A stretch of 63,998 nt of DNA, the filler included, from Porpidia crustulata (Eukaryota): NCBI GenBank assembly GCA_964255105.1. It is 20 parts of 20 records of this genome, joined end to end, with 100 filler letters (N's around TTAATTAATTAA, not from the genome) between each part and the next. Parts side by side here need not be neighbours in the genome. Positions count along the whole stretch, not along the records: positions 1 to 3,169 come from CAXUWE010002340.1; positions 3,270 to 6,438 come from CAXUWE010002341.1; positions 6,539 to 9,699 come from CAXUWE010002342.1; positions 9,800 to 12,955 come from CAXUWE010002343.1; 16 more parts are not named here. One strand, written 5' to 3'. Shown piece after piece: positions 1-11,825 of the stretch (its first letter is position 1; each line of letters starts with the position of its first letter). Below the pieces are notes generated by a model. It did not search any database. It was not told the origin of the DNA and was given only the letters and a program-made list of their open reading frames with translations. A program made the translations under genes and the position numbers.

Positions 1-524
1 AGCAGGTGGTGGCTGCAGTACCAAAAGCAGTGTTTTTGGGGCTTCCCCGCCATTTATTATTTTTTTTTTGGATTTTCATTTTCGGACCCACCATTTTGCA
101 CATGACGATACTTGAGATAGTTTTATCTACTAGACTACGGCAGTTGCTACAATCGGGTAAATTACTAATTCAACATTCAATAATTACGTTCATCAATTGT
201 AGTATGTAAAAATTGATTTCTTGAGTTATTACTCAATCTGTCTGAGTAAGTACAGTGAGAAGGAGATTACAGAAATGTCTCAAAAACAAATATTTTATTA
301 GAGCTCTCCTTCTGGTAAGCAATCTAGCAACTCCTGAATGCTGGGGGGAAAAAGAATCAAAAACTTCAAAAGTGTTGAAAATAGAGCATCTAGGTCCTAC
401 GACTAGGTGTTCGGGGTGCTTGCGCTAGTAAGATCACCTGACCTCCAATATATAGACACGTAGCTAGACCGACTCAATCCACAACCCTTTTCACCCTAAG
501 TCAGCCCATCATATATACTTCAAC

Positions 525-529
525 AAAAA
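525..529 (-). terminator. RNA polymerase III oligo-T terminator of the tRNA gene
   Basis: TTTTT on the minus strand, separated from the tRNA 3' end by 7 nt. Confidence 0.75.
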
Positions 530-580
530 GTTTACATGATGAGGGCGAGACTCGAACTCGCGCGGGTTTCCCCACTAGGA

Positions 581-597
581 ATTATTGTTAAGAAAAG
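581..597 (-). other. Canonical tRNA (endonuclease-type) intron at position 37/38
   Basis: CTTTTCTTAACAATAAT one base 3' of anticodon AAG; its CTTAAC pairs with GTTAAG of the anticodon loop. Confidence 0.9.
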
Positions 598-616
598 CCT
601 TAACCTAGCGCCATAA

Positions 617-676
617 CTGCATAGTTATGTTAGATTGAAATATAGCTTGCAATACTGGGGTGCCCCTGGGACTGAC
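617..676 (-). other. Spliceosomal-type (GT-AG) intron inside the tRNA-Leu D-loop
   Basis: GTCAGT donor, CTAAC branch site 12 nt before the intron end, terminal CAG, 60 nt long; removal restores the D-arm exactly. Confidence 0.85.
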
Positions 677-1423
677 CCAACTCGGCCACCTCACCTGACA
701 TCAATATCCATGTCGTATTATCAATTATTTTGTTATAACTGAGCTAGCCCCGCCACCTCGCCCGCATATCTGACGAGGGCCAGACTAGCCGGATGCAGCA
801 CGCTTTACTCAATGCAGTGATCTACCCTTCGGATGCCTTCATGGATAAAATTTGCAATGTATAGTTCAGAGTTCTATTCTACAGAAAGACCTCGAGTTGG
901 ATTGCTCTAGCTAACAGAAGGGGATTTGAGTCGGATATTGCTATGTTGTAATCCAGCTGTAGATATCACGGAATTCATTCATCTGCTCTAATGAGCGTTC
1001 GTCATGGCAGGCCTTATGCTCATTGAAACTTGGATCACTCTTCTACTGGAATTTCAGATCGAAGAGTAGTGTGGTGTATGGCGCATAATCTCTGCGGTAT
1101 GTTGCAGCTCCTCGGAATAATAGATTGATCATCTACTTCTATGACCAAGGGCTTTAGCTACTAGAAAGCTCGACCGCGAGGTAAGTCGTAGTCTTTCCTC
1201 GGAATTCGACTCTGTACATTCATCAGCCGCGGTGGACGGCGGTGCTTTCCTCGAGGGTCTTGCATTCCATCCATGCGTGAAGGCGCTTGATGGGTGTATT
1301 TAAGACTGCGTTGCAACATCTGGGCTGCTTTTCTCCTACATCATGCTCCCTATTTCCAAATTACCTCTACGAAATACTTATTTCTTTTCAATGCTATTTT
1401 GACCACGACATTATTGAGCGGCT

Positions 1424-1798
1424 TTGTCAAGAACTCTTGGTATCATTTATATACATCGGGCGTGCCTTGAGATCCCTGCAGACAGTGAGACCGCGGTGGC
1501 CTCACTACCGGCTGCAGCACGAGCGTCTACCGATCCTAATGATCCTGTATATGATTTTCTCCCGGAACATGTTTCACTTTCACGACCTGGAATCCATGCT
1601 TATGAGTGCAAAGCCTACAAGGTAGATGTAACTCCTGAGACTCTTCCAAGTACCGGCTCTAATAAGATCTTTAGGGATCCGGATTCCGATATGGGACCTC
1701 AGAAGTGGGATCTCTTTGCCAATGCTGATGAAAACTATCAGTTTCGAAATCCACTAGCATCAGATTCGTCGAACTATATCAGAACTACACGCATGTGA
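1424..1798 (+). CDS. Hypothetical protein or gene fragment
   Basis: Protein-like ORF with no recognised domain; the start is uncertain. Confidence 0.2.
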   Translation: MSRTLGIIYIHRACLEIPADSETAVASLPAAARASTDPNDPVYDFLPEHVSLSRPGIHAYECKAYKVDVTPETLPSTGSNKIFRDPDSDMGPQKWDLFANADENYQFRNPLASDSSNYIRTTRM

Positions 1799-2500
1799 TG
1801 AAGACGTTGTTCAAAGTGGAGTAAACATTGAGCGTTGATGGTAGTTGCCGGCCGAAAGTTGCGGATACTTCCTTCTTCCCTTATATTTGATGCCCTAAAT
1901 TCTTTGGGCTTTGGTATTTCACTTTTCTTGACCACAAAACCTAAAATAGTAGTGGGCGCACGTACCAAGTCAAAGACAGTGGTAGCGATCTATCCCTTCT
2001 GGATACCACACCTCACGCGTTCCACGATGGTCCAAGATCTGCAAGTATATAGAACTTGAGTGAGAGCTGAGGAATGATGCCCTTGTCTTTTATTTTGTAT
2101 CTACGGATATCAATCTCACTGGCTCCGTGAAACGCGGTTTCCTGGATTTTCGACCCGATTTCGAATTACCTCCAGTAACCTGCTCATCCGTAGGTATTGC
2201 GTGATTGCTCACAAGCTTACGCGGCTCAGCTCAGGAAACATAGCTTGAGCTCCTTTCCCTATCGATAAAAGGTGCGTCCTGCCCATCGTTCCTTCTCACA
2301 ATTATCTTTTCTCCCATTCTCAACAGTACCTGCTATACAATCTTCAATCATCTTACCATAGCAACATCCCCATACTCGCACTTCGGTAATCACTACATCC
2401 GTTCATCTCAATCTCAAGATTTCTTCATCGCCCGCCCTTGAACACTGTCTCCCCTTCTTTTCATCTACATCCCGAGACTGCACAACGCCGTTCAAGCATC

Positions 2501-3169
2501 ATGTCTGTATTCCATCTGTTCATGATGCGGATCATCCTGCTGCTTGTAACGTTTGCCAGTCTTGCTCATTCGGTACCGATCACACAAAAGCGCTGCATTA
2601 TATTCTGCCATGATTCCGGTCCTCATATCACATACGGATTCAGACCAGACGCGCTACGTGAACTGATGGTCCCCTATACACCAGACGGACTTCTAGTCCA
2701 ATTCAATCTCATGGCACAATACGCGGCTGCGTCATATTGCCAAGAGAACAATGTAGCCAGCGGTTCCAAGATCACCTGCCACGCGGGAAATTGCAAAGAT
2801 GTGGAAAAGTCCGATGCGGTTTCGCATTATCCCTTTCAGAACGGACCTGGTGATATCACCGGCTTCCTTGCTGTCGACCATACCCACCAACTCGTTGTCG
2901 TATCCTTCCGAGGTGCCATATCCGATGCAAACTGGGCCTCAGCCCTTAATATCATCAGGGTCTCTTCCGATCTATGCAAACACTGCAATGTCCACAAAGG
3001 TTTTTGGGAGACCTGGACAGAGGCACGATCAATGGTCCTTGATGCTGTTAAAGAGTCCATGACGCAGTTCCCAGAGTATCGAATCGCTGTTACTGGCCAC
3101 TCTCTTGGCGCTGCAATGGCCACATTCGCTGCTGCGGATATCCGTAAAATGGGCGACTATTTCCTTAAC
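2501..3169 (+). CDS. Secreted lipase, class 3 family (3'-truncated by contig end)
   Basis: Signal peptide, AQYAAASYC, VVSFRG lid region, VHKGF and the catalytic TGHSLG nucleophile elbow. Confidence 0.9.
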
Positions 3170-3269
3170 NNNNNNNNNNNNNNNNNNNNNNNNNNNNNNN
3201 NNNNNNNNNNNNNTTAATTAATTAANNNNNNNNNNNNNNNNNNNNNNNNNNNNNNNNNNNNNNNNNNNN
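3170..3269. other. Artificial contig-joining spacer (N...TTAATTAATTAA...N); same spacer at 6439, 9700, 12956, 16208, 19456, 22689, 25920, 29151, 32380, 35596, 38806, 42014, 45217, 48412, 51601, 54783, 57944, 61102
   Basis: Identical 100-nt block with a six-frame stop linker; flanking contig lengths fall monotonically. Confidence 0.98.
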
Positions 3270-5860
3270 GGGTGGTGGTATAGGTGGCGAAGAGGGAGAT
3301 TACCCAGGTGAGTTTGCTGTGGATCTGTGTGGGTGGAGGGTTAGATTTTTTGGTGGGGAGTGGAGGAGGAGTTTGGGCGGAAGGGAAAGGGGAGACTAAC
3401 GCGGAGGAGTTTGGAGTTCATGAGCATGCACTCTTTCAGACATGTATCTAGGAAATCCACATGGTCTTCCATTAATTCGTCCACGGTCCGCTCTACCTTT
3501 TGCGTCGAGCCGTCCCTCCCAGTCGTGCTGTCCCCGTTGACGCGAGCCATGAGGTTATGCCAATTCGGCTCGATGACTTCCGAGGTGCAGTAGTATGTGA
3601 ATTGCTGGACGAACACCAGCATCCGCGATCGCAACGTCCAGGCCCTGCGTTTCCAGCGCTCGAGCTTCGGATCGCCGCTGCGGTGCGTCCAGCTGAGGAC
3701 TTTGTGGTGGTCTTCCCAGCTGCTGACCAGGAGGCCTTCGAGGTGGCGCATGGAGACAAGGTAGCGGAATAGGATCTGGTATCTCAGCACGGTTTTGCTG
3801 CTGATGACGAGGGAGAGGGGGAAGGGAACGGAGAATTTGAACTCGAGGGCTTCGTAGCCGGTCATGCTGCTGCTGTCGTGGTCGTCGATGGATGATGGCG
3901 GTTGGGTGGCTGGGGCGCGGTAGCGGTCGAGGCTTTCATCCGGGGCGTCCTGGTCGATTCCTCGGACATTGACGACGCCCATGAGGAATTTCGTGAGGCC
4001 GACGTCGTTCATCTGCACTTTGACGTCTTCTTTGAAAGGATCGAGGGCGGCGACGCTGCCGGGTTGGCGGAGGACGAGATCGAGGAGGGATTGGAGTTTG
4101 CCGACGTTGACTGCGCGGAAGGGCTTTCTGAGCTCCGAGGCGCTGAGATCGAGGAAGTAGGTGAAGAAGTCGGAGCGGTCGAGGAAGAAGTAGTGTTTCA
4201 TTGAGCGGAGTCGATCTGATAAGGCGTGTGTGGTAAGTAGGAGCTTGAGAAGGGACGAGTTGGCGTGAGCATAAGCAGCGTTGACATTGTCGAGGAATTG
4301 GGGATCGTCAAAGGATTTGGGAACATCTTTGACCTCCATGCCGACGTCTACTCCACCGCATTCTCGTACCACATTGAGATATTTCCCTGCAAGTAGCACT
4401 TTATCCTTGACTCCTTCCAGTTGTGGCGGCACGTCATTGTCTCGAATTGTATATCTCTTTTCCCAATACTCGTCGGTGTAGTCTTCCTCTAGCTTCTCCC
4501 GCTTAATGCTCTGCTGTTCTTTGATCAGAAATTCGCCATGGGGGTCTTTGATACCGCCATGATGCAGCCATTCATTCAGCATGGCCATGTACGGCCGGCT
4601 AGCATCTCGTAATAAAGTCTGAAGCAAAGTCCTTGCTGCGGGATCTCCAGACATGAAAGAAAGGCGTTCTGTCAATAAACGTAGGACATTTCCTCCTTTA
4701 TAGACTTTGGTCACCATACCCCCGGGTGCTAGATCGCCACCATCCCGGAGCTGCTCAAGAATATTGTCGACATCGTCAAAATCTGCCGAGTCGTCTAGAT
4801 CCTCTTCCAGTAAAGAATTCTTCCGCAGGATTTCCTGGCCAAGTGTATAGATTTGGAACATCATTCGACTTGTTGGTAGCGTATGTAAGTGCAACAAATG
4901 CAACGTGAACGAAGGGTTGCTGATTACTTGATTTTCTAATTGTGCAATGAGCACAAGATAGTCCTTCAGCAATTTACGAATCGAGGCGCACAATGCATGG
5001 TTGATAGCACCAAATGCTTCTCTACTCTGCATCTCCACAAATGCCTCGACTGCGCTATAATACGTGGCTATCTTTAATATCGAGTTGGTGAGATCTCGTA
5101 GACTAGGATCTAAGCCTGGTAATATGCGATAGCTTGGTCCTGCGAGACGCTCCTTTTCCTCGGTAGGTTTATATGATTCTTCGAATTGAATATACTGTCC
5201 TTCATATCCCATTAGTACGAACAAGACATCATCAAGTATGGCATCTTCTTGTTCAGTGGATGTTAGTTCTTTTAGCGGTTTGGGCTCAAGCGATTGAGGT
5301 AGTGAAGATGAGCGAGGGGGTTTTGAAACTCGAGTGGCGAGAGGTGCTGTTGTAGCTTCTGTAAGGGTCGCTGCTGGCTTCCATGGCGCTGAGAGGCGAG
5401 CGACTTAGTATAGCCTTCTGTAGATACTACTTTCTGAGAACCGCAACCTACGTGGTGGTTCCTTTCCCTTTTTCTTAGGTAGTGGCACGGCTTGCAATGT
5501 TGGACTTCCATGTCCTGGTGACTTCCTAGCCTCTGAATTCCATATTCCCTCGTTATCGCTATTAAGAACTTTTGCGGGACTCCGCACCTGAAGTCGGAAA
5601 CTCTCTTTTGTTGTAACAATAACCCTCTCCTTCTGCTTTTCGGTTGTAGTTCGCGTTGAGCCATGAGCCTTTTCCTGACCAGAAGGTTTCCTTCGATGAG
5701 GCGCATTGCTGGCGGAATCGTCTGGATGAATCTCGTCATAGGAGTCAGGTCGCCCTTTAGCTCCAACACGAGACGAGGGAACTCGGGGTTTCGCGCTTGC
5801 TGTTGCGGAGGTTCGTCTATCATTATTCGGCGCACTCCGAGAGTTGACGGTGGTGGACAT
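3270..5860 (-). CDS. SPC97: Gamma-tubulin complex component GCP2 (Spc97/Alp4), 3'-truncated
   Basis: DVLFVLMGYEGQYI, YTDEYWEKRY, LAGKYLNVVREC, SMKHYFFLDRSDF, CTSEVIEPNW; GT-AG introns 5389-5451 and 3325-3400. Confidence 0.92.
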
Positions 5861-6185
5861 TATGATAGCGCGTAATGCGAACACTGGCCAGTGATCTTTG
5901 ACCAGGCATTGGTGGTCGTTGGACTGTTCAACCTACAAGTTTGAAGCAATTGTGGGATGGAACGCGATTTCGATGCGGGTAAATAGTTGTCCATTATAGG
6001 ACTAGCGCCATTTAAAGCTCTATGTATTTCGTAACCATCTGCCTACCTACTCGGTATGCATTTGGATCTATTTGAACTACACACATCTCACTACAATTAT
6101 ATCTCGAGTCCAGAACCACACTTTCGCTGCTGAGTGGATCGTATACTCTTGACGCCCCCAACAGACTCTCCCGCGCTCCTTCACT

Positions 6186-6407
6186 ATGTTTATTGCACGG
6201 TCAGAATATGGTAAGCTTCTCCATAACCTCGAAAGAGCTACCGGTATACTAATACAGATTCTAGATCGCGGCATAAAGTATTTAAATTACATCCAATATC
6301 TCAAAATCTAAATCTAAAACCCCAACAGTACCTTCTCCCCCGAAGGCCGCCTCTTCCAAGTTGAATACTCCCTCGAAGCCATCAAACTCGGTTCAACAGC
6401 TATAGGC
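6186..6407 (+). CDS. PUP2: 20S proteasome subunit alpha-5, 5' part (truncated); exons 6186-6210, 6265-6277, 6329-6407
   Basis: Spliced translation [39 protein letters not shown]; absent from the ORF track. Confidence 0.92.
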
Positions 6408-8201
6408 GTAACACTCCCCCCTCCCCTCTCCCATATACNNNNNNNNNNNNNNNNNNNNNNNNNNNNNNNNNNNNNNNNNNNNTTAATTAATTAANNNNNN
6501 NNNNNNNNNNNNNNNNNNNNNNNNNNNNNNNNNNNNNNGGTGGGTTAGTGTGTGATGGATTTGGCTTGGCTGGTGCGGTTGTGGTAGCGTGTGCCATAGG
6601 GAGAGAGGGAGAAGGGGGTGAGTGCGGTTCTTTGTGTGTTTTGTGGGAATGGATGCGACAGAGCTTGTGGAGGGAGATGTACGTCTCACAATACCACTAA
6701 GTGATCCGAAGTCTACAAAGTTGCAACGATCCTTTGAACGGGTCATGTATGAGCATTACGAACCTGCCATTCCTCGTGTCTAGTTTGTAGTGATGGATTC
6801 GAAATGCATGACGGATTTCTGCATATACACGGTTCCGAAGTAGTTCGTTGGACATGGTGGCTTCATCTTAGCATTTCCCAATTTCTCCGAGTCGCATCTG
6901 CATATTCCGAGGCCAGAAAGATTCCGTCTATTTATGTGTCAACCAAAGGGGCAGAATCACGTTTATTAGGTTTAGTAGCGACAGAAATGATCTGGATCTC
7001 ATTCAATAACACTTTAGACCAGGAGAAGTTAGTTCCTGCACTTCTAGGCTAACCACGCATTTCATGGTTGTGTAATGGGAAATGGGTCAGCAATTTTCAG
7101 CTTCCAAGGATTCAACGGATATGCAACGAGTATCTCGATGTATCGTTTGGCGTGACTACCGGCAGGCTGCTTGGAACTTGGAAGGCTGCAGCCCTGATTA
7201 ACAAGACATATGCAGCCTGCGCATTCAATGGGTCGCCTGTTTCGAAGTTCAAAAGACCGCCGGAGATGTATGAGCTGATGGCTTGATAGGTTGATCGATG
7301 GTGAGTGATGATAAGTTAACTAACACATATGCACAGTAAGTCGTCGGATGTTTATCAGGTAGGTGGTAGATATCTGCGTAGTCATGGTGCAGGCCGGCTG
7401 GGGATAAAAATAGATTCCACTACGTTTCATTTCCCGCAGCGGCGTGACTCCCAACTACTGTTGTCGGACTCCCTACGTGCATACCTACAACGATAAGCTT
7501 TGCGTCTTTGTGGTGGTCCATGGAACGATAGAAGTTCGAAATTGCTTGGTCCTCGAGAAGAGATCCTAAGAGATCGGGGAAGTGGGTTTTTACTGCAAGG
7601 TGAATGAGTCAGCATTGCATTTCCCAACGCATCAATTCCGCGGTTCCCGATCAGAGGCGTCGCGATGCTTCAGCTGCATTCTTGTACATAAGCTCTTGAG
7701 AGACTTTGTTGGACTCCATCCGTTGTAACTATCATCATGAAAGGAGAGGCGCAGCATCGCGGATAGGTCTTTGTCGAACATGCATGTTCTAGCCGTGCAC
7801 CTCATGCAGACAGACGCTAGGAGCCACGCATATCCGGGAGGGCTGCAGAGCGTATTGATTCGTTGAACAGGAGCCATAATGTTCAGCTCAGACTCGTTTG
7901 CCTATCAGTGTATCACGGCCGATTCGATATCGTGCTCTGCAAATGATTTTGATTGCACGAACCCACGGTCACCGGATGTTAGCGTCGTGGAATGAGAGAA
8001 AGAATGTTTTGATCGTCAGAGGCTGAGAAAAGGTACTATTAATACGCAAACCAAGTCTTGATAGAATGGCCGCAGCTTCGGGACGTCTCGTCGTCGAGGG
8101 TTTGCTATATGAATGTAGCGGAGTTCGGCATCTTCAAGGATTTCGATCACATTCGTAACACCTCTAGCACAAATAAGCTGAAAAGAACGAAGGCTACAAG
8201 A

Positions 8202-9699
8202 ATGTCGACCTCATATTCTCCTATCGACTTGAGAGACGAACACGACTTCTCTTCACACCGAAGTACTGTTAGTAGTACTTCCAGTCGTTTCAAAAAACCT
8301 CCAGGTGTCGCAGGTTCAATTGATTCGGAAGATATAGCTATCGAAAGCCATGTGTCGCCATTTAGCCCACAGACTTTGGTCAATGACAGATGGCACGGCG
8401 AGTTATCCTCAGCCGACAAGCATCCGGAGAAGGCAGTCGAGTACGAGACCCAGCATGACGAAGTTGGCTCAACTTCTGCTACCTCTTTGGACAACCTAGG
8501 TACTGGATCTTGGCTTCTAGAAATCATCAGTCTTCTCGCAAGCGTATCGTCCATAGCAGCAATAATCGGAGTTCTTGCTCATTTCAACGGGCAATCCCTT
8601 CCACATTGGCCGGAGCAAATAACACTGAATACGCTTGTCGCCCTTCTTAGTGCTTTGGCTACCGCCTCGATTGCGGCACCCTTATCGAGTGGACTGAGTC
8701 AGTTGAAATGGATCCACTTCAAAGGGGCCCATCGACCCTTGACTGATATGGGGCTGTTCGACGACGCCAGTAGGGGAGTCTATGGCGCTATTAAGCTTTT
8801 GATCTTTGGTCGAGGAGGGTATGTCTTGTCCTCAGATTGGATGTTGACTCTCTCTTACTCAATTAACAGTGTTCTTGGATCCTTTGGAGCCACCATCACT
8901 ATAGTAGCTCTGGCTATGGGACCCTTTGCTCAGCAAATTGTCGCTTATCGTACCCGCATGGTCGAGTCTCACGCTGCAGCATCTGTGAATTCTGCCAGTA
9001 ATTACACTGGCTTCCTCCCAGGGGATAGCAGCCAATCTAGTATGACATCAAGCTTGATCCTTTATACCGACCTACCACTGCTGACTTTATCTAAGATAGC
9101 TTCGTGCCGATACTTCCGATGAAAGCAGCGGTCTATAATGGCATGTTCTCTGCATCAAATCCTACCGCATCTCTTACGGTAGACTGTCCTACAGGGAACT
9201 GTACGTGGCCGGCGTTCTCCACCCTGGCGGTGTGCAGCTCGTGTACCTCTATGACAGAGTATATGACACGCTCCTGCGGAAAACAATTCGGTGGCAATGG
9301 CACTAATTGCGGCTGGGAACTACCCTCTGGAGCAACGCTTGATACCAACTCCTCCGTATTCAGCATGTCTACTCGGACGCCTTCGCCATCAGGCTCTATG
9401 GCCTACACCGATATCATCAAACTGACCTTTATGGGTACCGAGGCGCAAGACGGTACGGTGCAATCGACAGAAGGAAAATCAAGCCCCTGGGCAACTCAAT
9501 GTACGCTCCGATACTGTGTTCAAACCCTCAACACCTCCGTTCAGAATGGAATCACCTATCAAAACGTGACGGCGATCTCCACGAATTCTTCCGTCATCGA
9601 CATCTCCCACGATCACAAGACCGGTACCAACGTCCCCGGCATCGTCACCGCCGGCGACAACACCACCTATCCAATCGGCATGGGCGCCATGCTCGCCAT
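8202..9699 (+). CDS. DUF3176-family membrane protein, 3'-truncated
   Basis: WLLEI...ITLNTLVALLS...LSQLKW...LFDDASRG motif and CPTGNCTWP...LAVCSSC; introns near 8819-8868 and 9040-9098. Confidence 0.8.
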
Positions 9700-10118
9700 N
9701 NNNNNNNNNNNNNNNNNNNNNNNNNNNNNNNNNNNNNNNNNNNTTAATTAATTAANNNNNNNNNNNNNNNNNNNNNNNNNNNNNNNNNNNNNNNNNNNNG
9801 GAGATATTTAGAAGTTAGGTGGGGATCTTGGTGTGAAGAAAGAGGATTTAATGCGATCCTCGGGATGAGAAAATGTAGGGATCAATGAGGATGATCTCTA
9901 CTAGCGCGACCCGGGACCGTTTCTCCGCCTACGTCAAACCTGCAGGCATCCATCAACCAGACAAGCTCCAAACTACCATGATAGGTATCAGAATCAACCA
10001 TAAATCCCAGACCACAGTATTGTCCTCCTTCCTTTCTCCACCGCCGTCGTCCGAGCGCTCTCGGATCGCCGCCCTCCCACTCTACATGCCCTTCCGATAA
10101 CCCACCTGGACAAAAACC

Positions 10119-10817
10119 ATGCGCCACCGGCCTCCTCGCCCCGGCGCCCTTACCGACCTTTCTCCCCTCAAACTCCTCACACAAATTCTTCTCCTACAAG
10201 CAGCATACTACGGTGGTGCAATTGTATTGATATTGTTTACGGTGCTGGTCGCGGGCAAGCCGTTCTCGCTGGACTTGGTGCTGAGCTGGCGGAGTTTGCG
10301 GGGGGACACAACGGTGGGGTGGACGCTGGGGTTCGTTTGGATGCTAGACAGTTTTGTTGGGTAAGCTTTACGAAAAGGGCCGCGGAGACAAGTGGTGTCA
10401 CTGATACTGGACCATGGCTGACTGTAATTGTGTGCAAGTGTCATATTCATCCTGCTCCTCGTCGTCCACTCAAAACTCGTGCTGGATTTTGCCTTTACCG
10501 TACACTTTATCCATCTCGTCGTTACTTCGCTCTACACGCGATCTCTACCTACGAATCGCTTATGGTGGGCACTGCAGGTTGCTAGCGTCGCGTTTATGTC
10601 TACCCTTGGGATATGGAGTTGCCAGTGGCGGGAGTTGCGGCCTATCAAGTTTGGAGGTGGTGCGGCGGGTAAAGATGTTGAAGCCCACGATAGCACCGCA
10701 GGAGGAGGAACTGGAGAGGGAAGCACGCGAGGAAAAGGGGGAAGGGGCAGGGACGGCGGTGGCGAGTATGAGATGGTTGGGATGAGCGAGGGTGTGAAGA
10801 GTGATGATATGGGGTAG
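10119..10817 (+). CDS. SYS1: Golgi integral membrane protein Sys1
   Basis: RPPRPGALTDLSPLKLLTQILLLQ...SKLVLDFAFTVHFIH...CQWRELRPI; intron 10361-10438 joins the two ORFs in frame. Confidence 0.88.
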
Positions 10818-11135
10818 AGATGGATGATGAATCCAGTCGCAGGTTGAAAAAATGGAAATGTCTTTCAAAAATACCCAGGCAGTTGGGAGTATGGGCTTGG
10901 AGCTAAATGCCAAAAGACCAGAGGTTGCCTCTACGAAGACAGAAATTCCAGCTGCCATTGTGCGAATATGCTCAGAATTTGTCCTTTGAATGGAATGATG
11001 TCGCCTGCACCAACCCCAAACATGAGCCAGGTCCCCCCAGACTTCTCAGAACTTTTCTTGTTTAAACGACTGCGCCTGATCGCTTCTCAGTGGTGTCAGG
11101 CACAAAGGAGAAAGTTACGGAAGAACATACCTGAG

Positions 11136-11432
11136 CTATGTATCATCGCTCGAAAGATTTCTAGCATCCTCTCTCAGGTATCTAAAAGTTGGCATAGGGC
11201 TATCCAAGACCTTGAGCTGATCAAGTTCCAACAGATGAGAGCTCTCGGGACCGGTGTCCTCAATTGGCTTTTGGAACTGCGACAACGCCTGGGCAAGCTG
11301 GTACCAAGATCGATGACGGCGATGCGCGTGATGTTGGTGCAATGAGTGCAGACCTGTATGTCTTATCGGCTGCGCTGGTATTGGGAGGACGGCAAGAAGA
11401 AGGCACAGGAGAAGGAACATTGGTAGATACAT
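11136..11432 (-). CDS. Putative small secreted protein, His-rich after the signal peptide
   Basis: MYLPMFLLLCLLLAVLPIPA signal-like N-terminus; no recognised domain. Confidence 0.35.
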   Translation of the reverse strand: MYLPMFLLLCLLLAVLPIPAQPIRHTGLHSLHQHHAHRRHRSWYQLAQALSQFQKPIEDTGPESSHLLELDQLKVLDSPMPTFRYLREDARNLSSDDT

Positions 11433-11825
11433 GGTACTGTGGTTTTTTTTTTTTTTCATAAATGAATGGGTCCGACCAACATTCGTATCATGTTCATGCT
11501 CAGATGGCTGGGTGCAAAAATGCGCAAACCCTAACCCTACCATGTCAGGAATGCAAACCCAACGGCGTGTCTTTGCGAGTCACACGCTCGATAAGAAATA
11601 ATGCGCGTAGAAGACATATATACGTAGTGGCAGCGTTTGCCTCGGAGACTTCGAAGCGCGCCTGAAACGGTTTCCCGTTCTGAGGCACTTCAGAAACCTG
11701 AAACATGTTCGATGCGCAGGTGAAGAGCACAAATTGAATGGTGGCTATCTGCACAACTTGCAGCCGTGTTGAAGTCCGCTCACGATAGCACTCGCAAGCG
11801 CCATGGCTTGAAACAGATTGGAGAT

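Larger units (their letters stand above)
537..695 (-). tRNA. tRNA-Leu (anticodon AAG) with two introns: 60-nt spliceosomal-type D-loop intron (617-676) and 17-nt canonical 37/38 intron (581-597)
   Basis: Exons 695-677, 616-598 and 580-537 join to GGTGAGGTGGCCGAGTTGG-TTATGGCGCTAGGTTAAGG-TCCTAGTGGGGAAACCCGCGCGAGTTCGAGTCTCGCCCTCATCA (82 nt). Acceptor stem GGTGAGG/CCTCATC, anticodon stem CTAGG/CCTAG, long variable arm GGG-GAAA-CCC, T arm GCGAG-TTCGAGT-CTCGC, discriminator A. Confidence 0.93.

Noticed and set aside
617..676. D-loop insert as a bulge-helix-bulge (archaeal/red-algal type) tRNA intron or a transposon footprint
   Set aside because: No BHB helix or target-site duplication is evident at the junctions, whereas donor, branch point and acceptor all match spliceosomal consensus. 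Not formally excluded without folding analysis.
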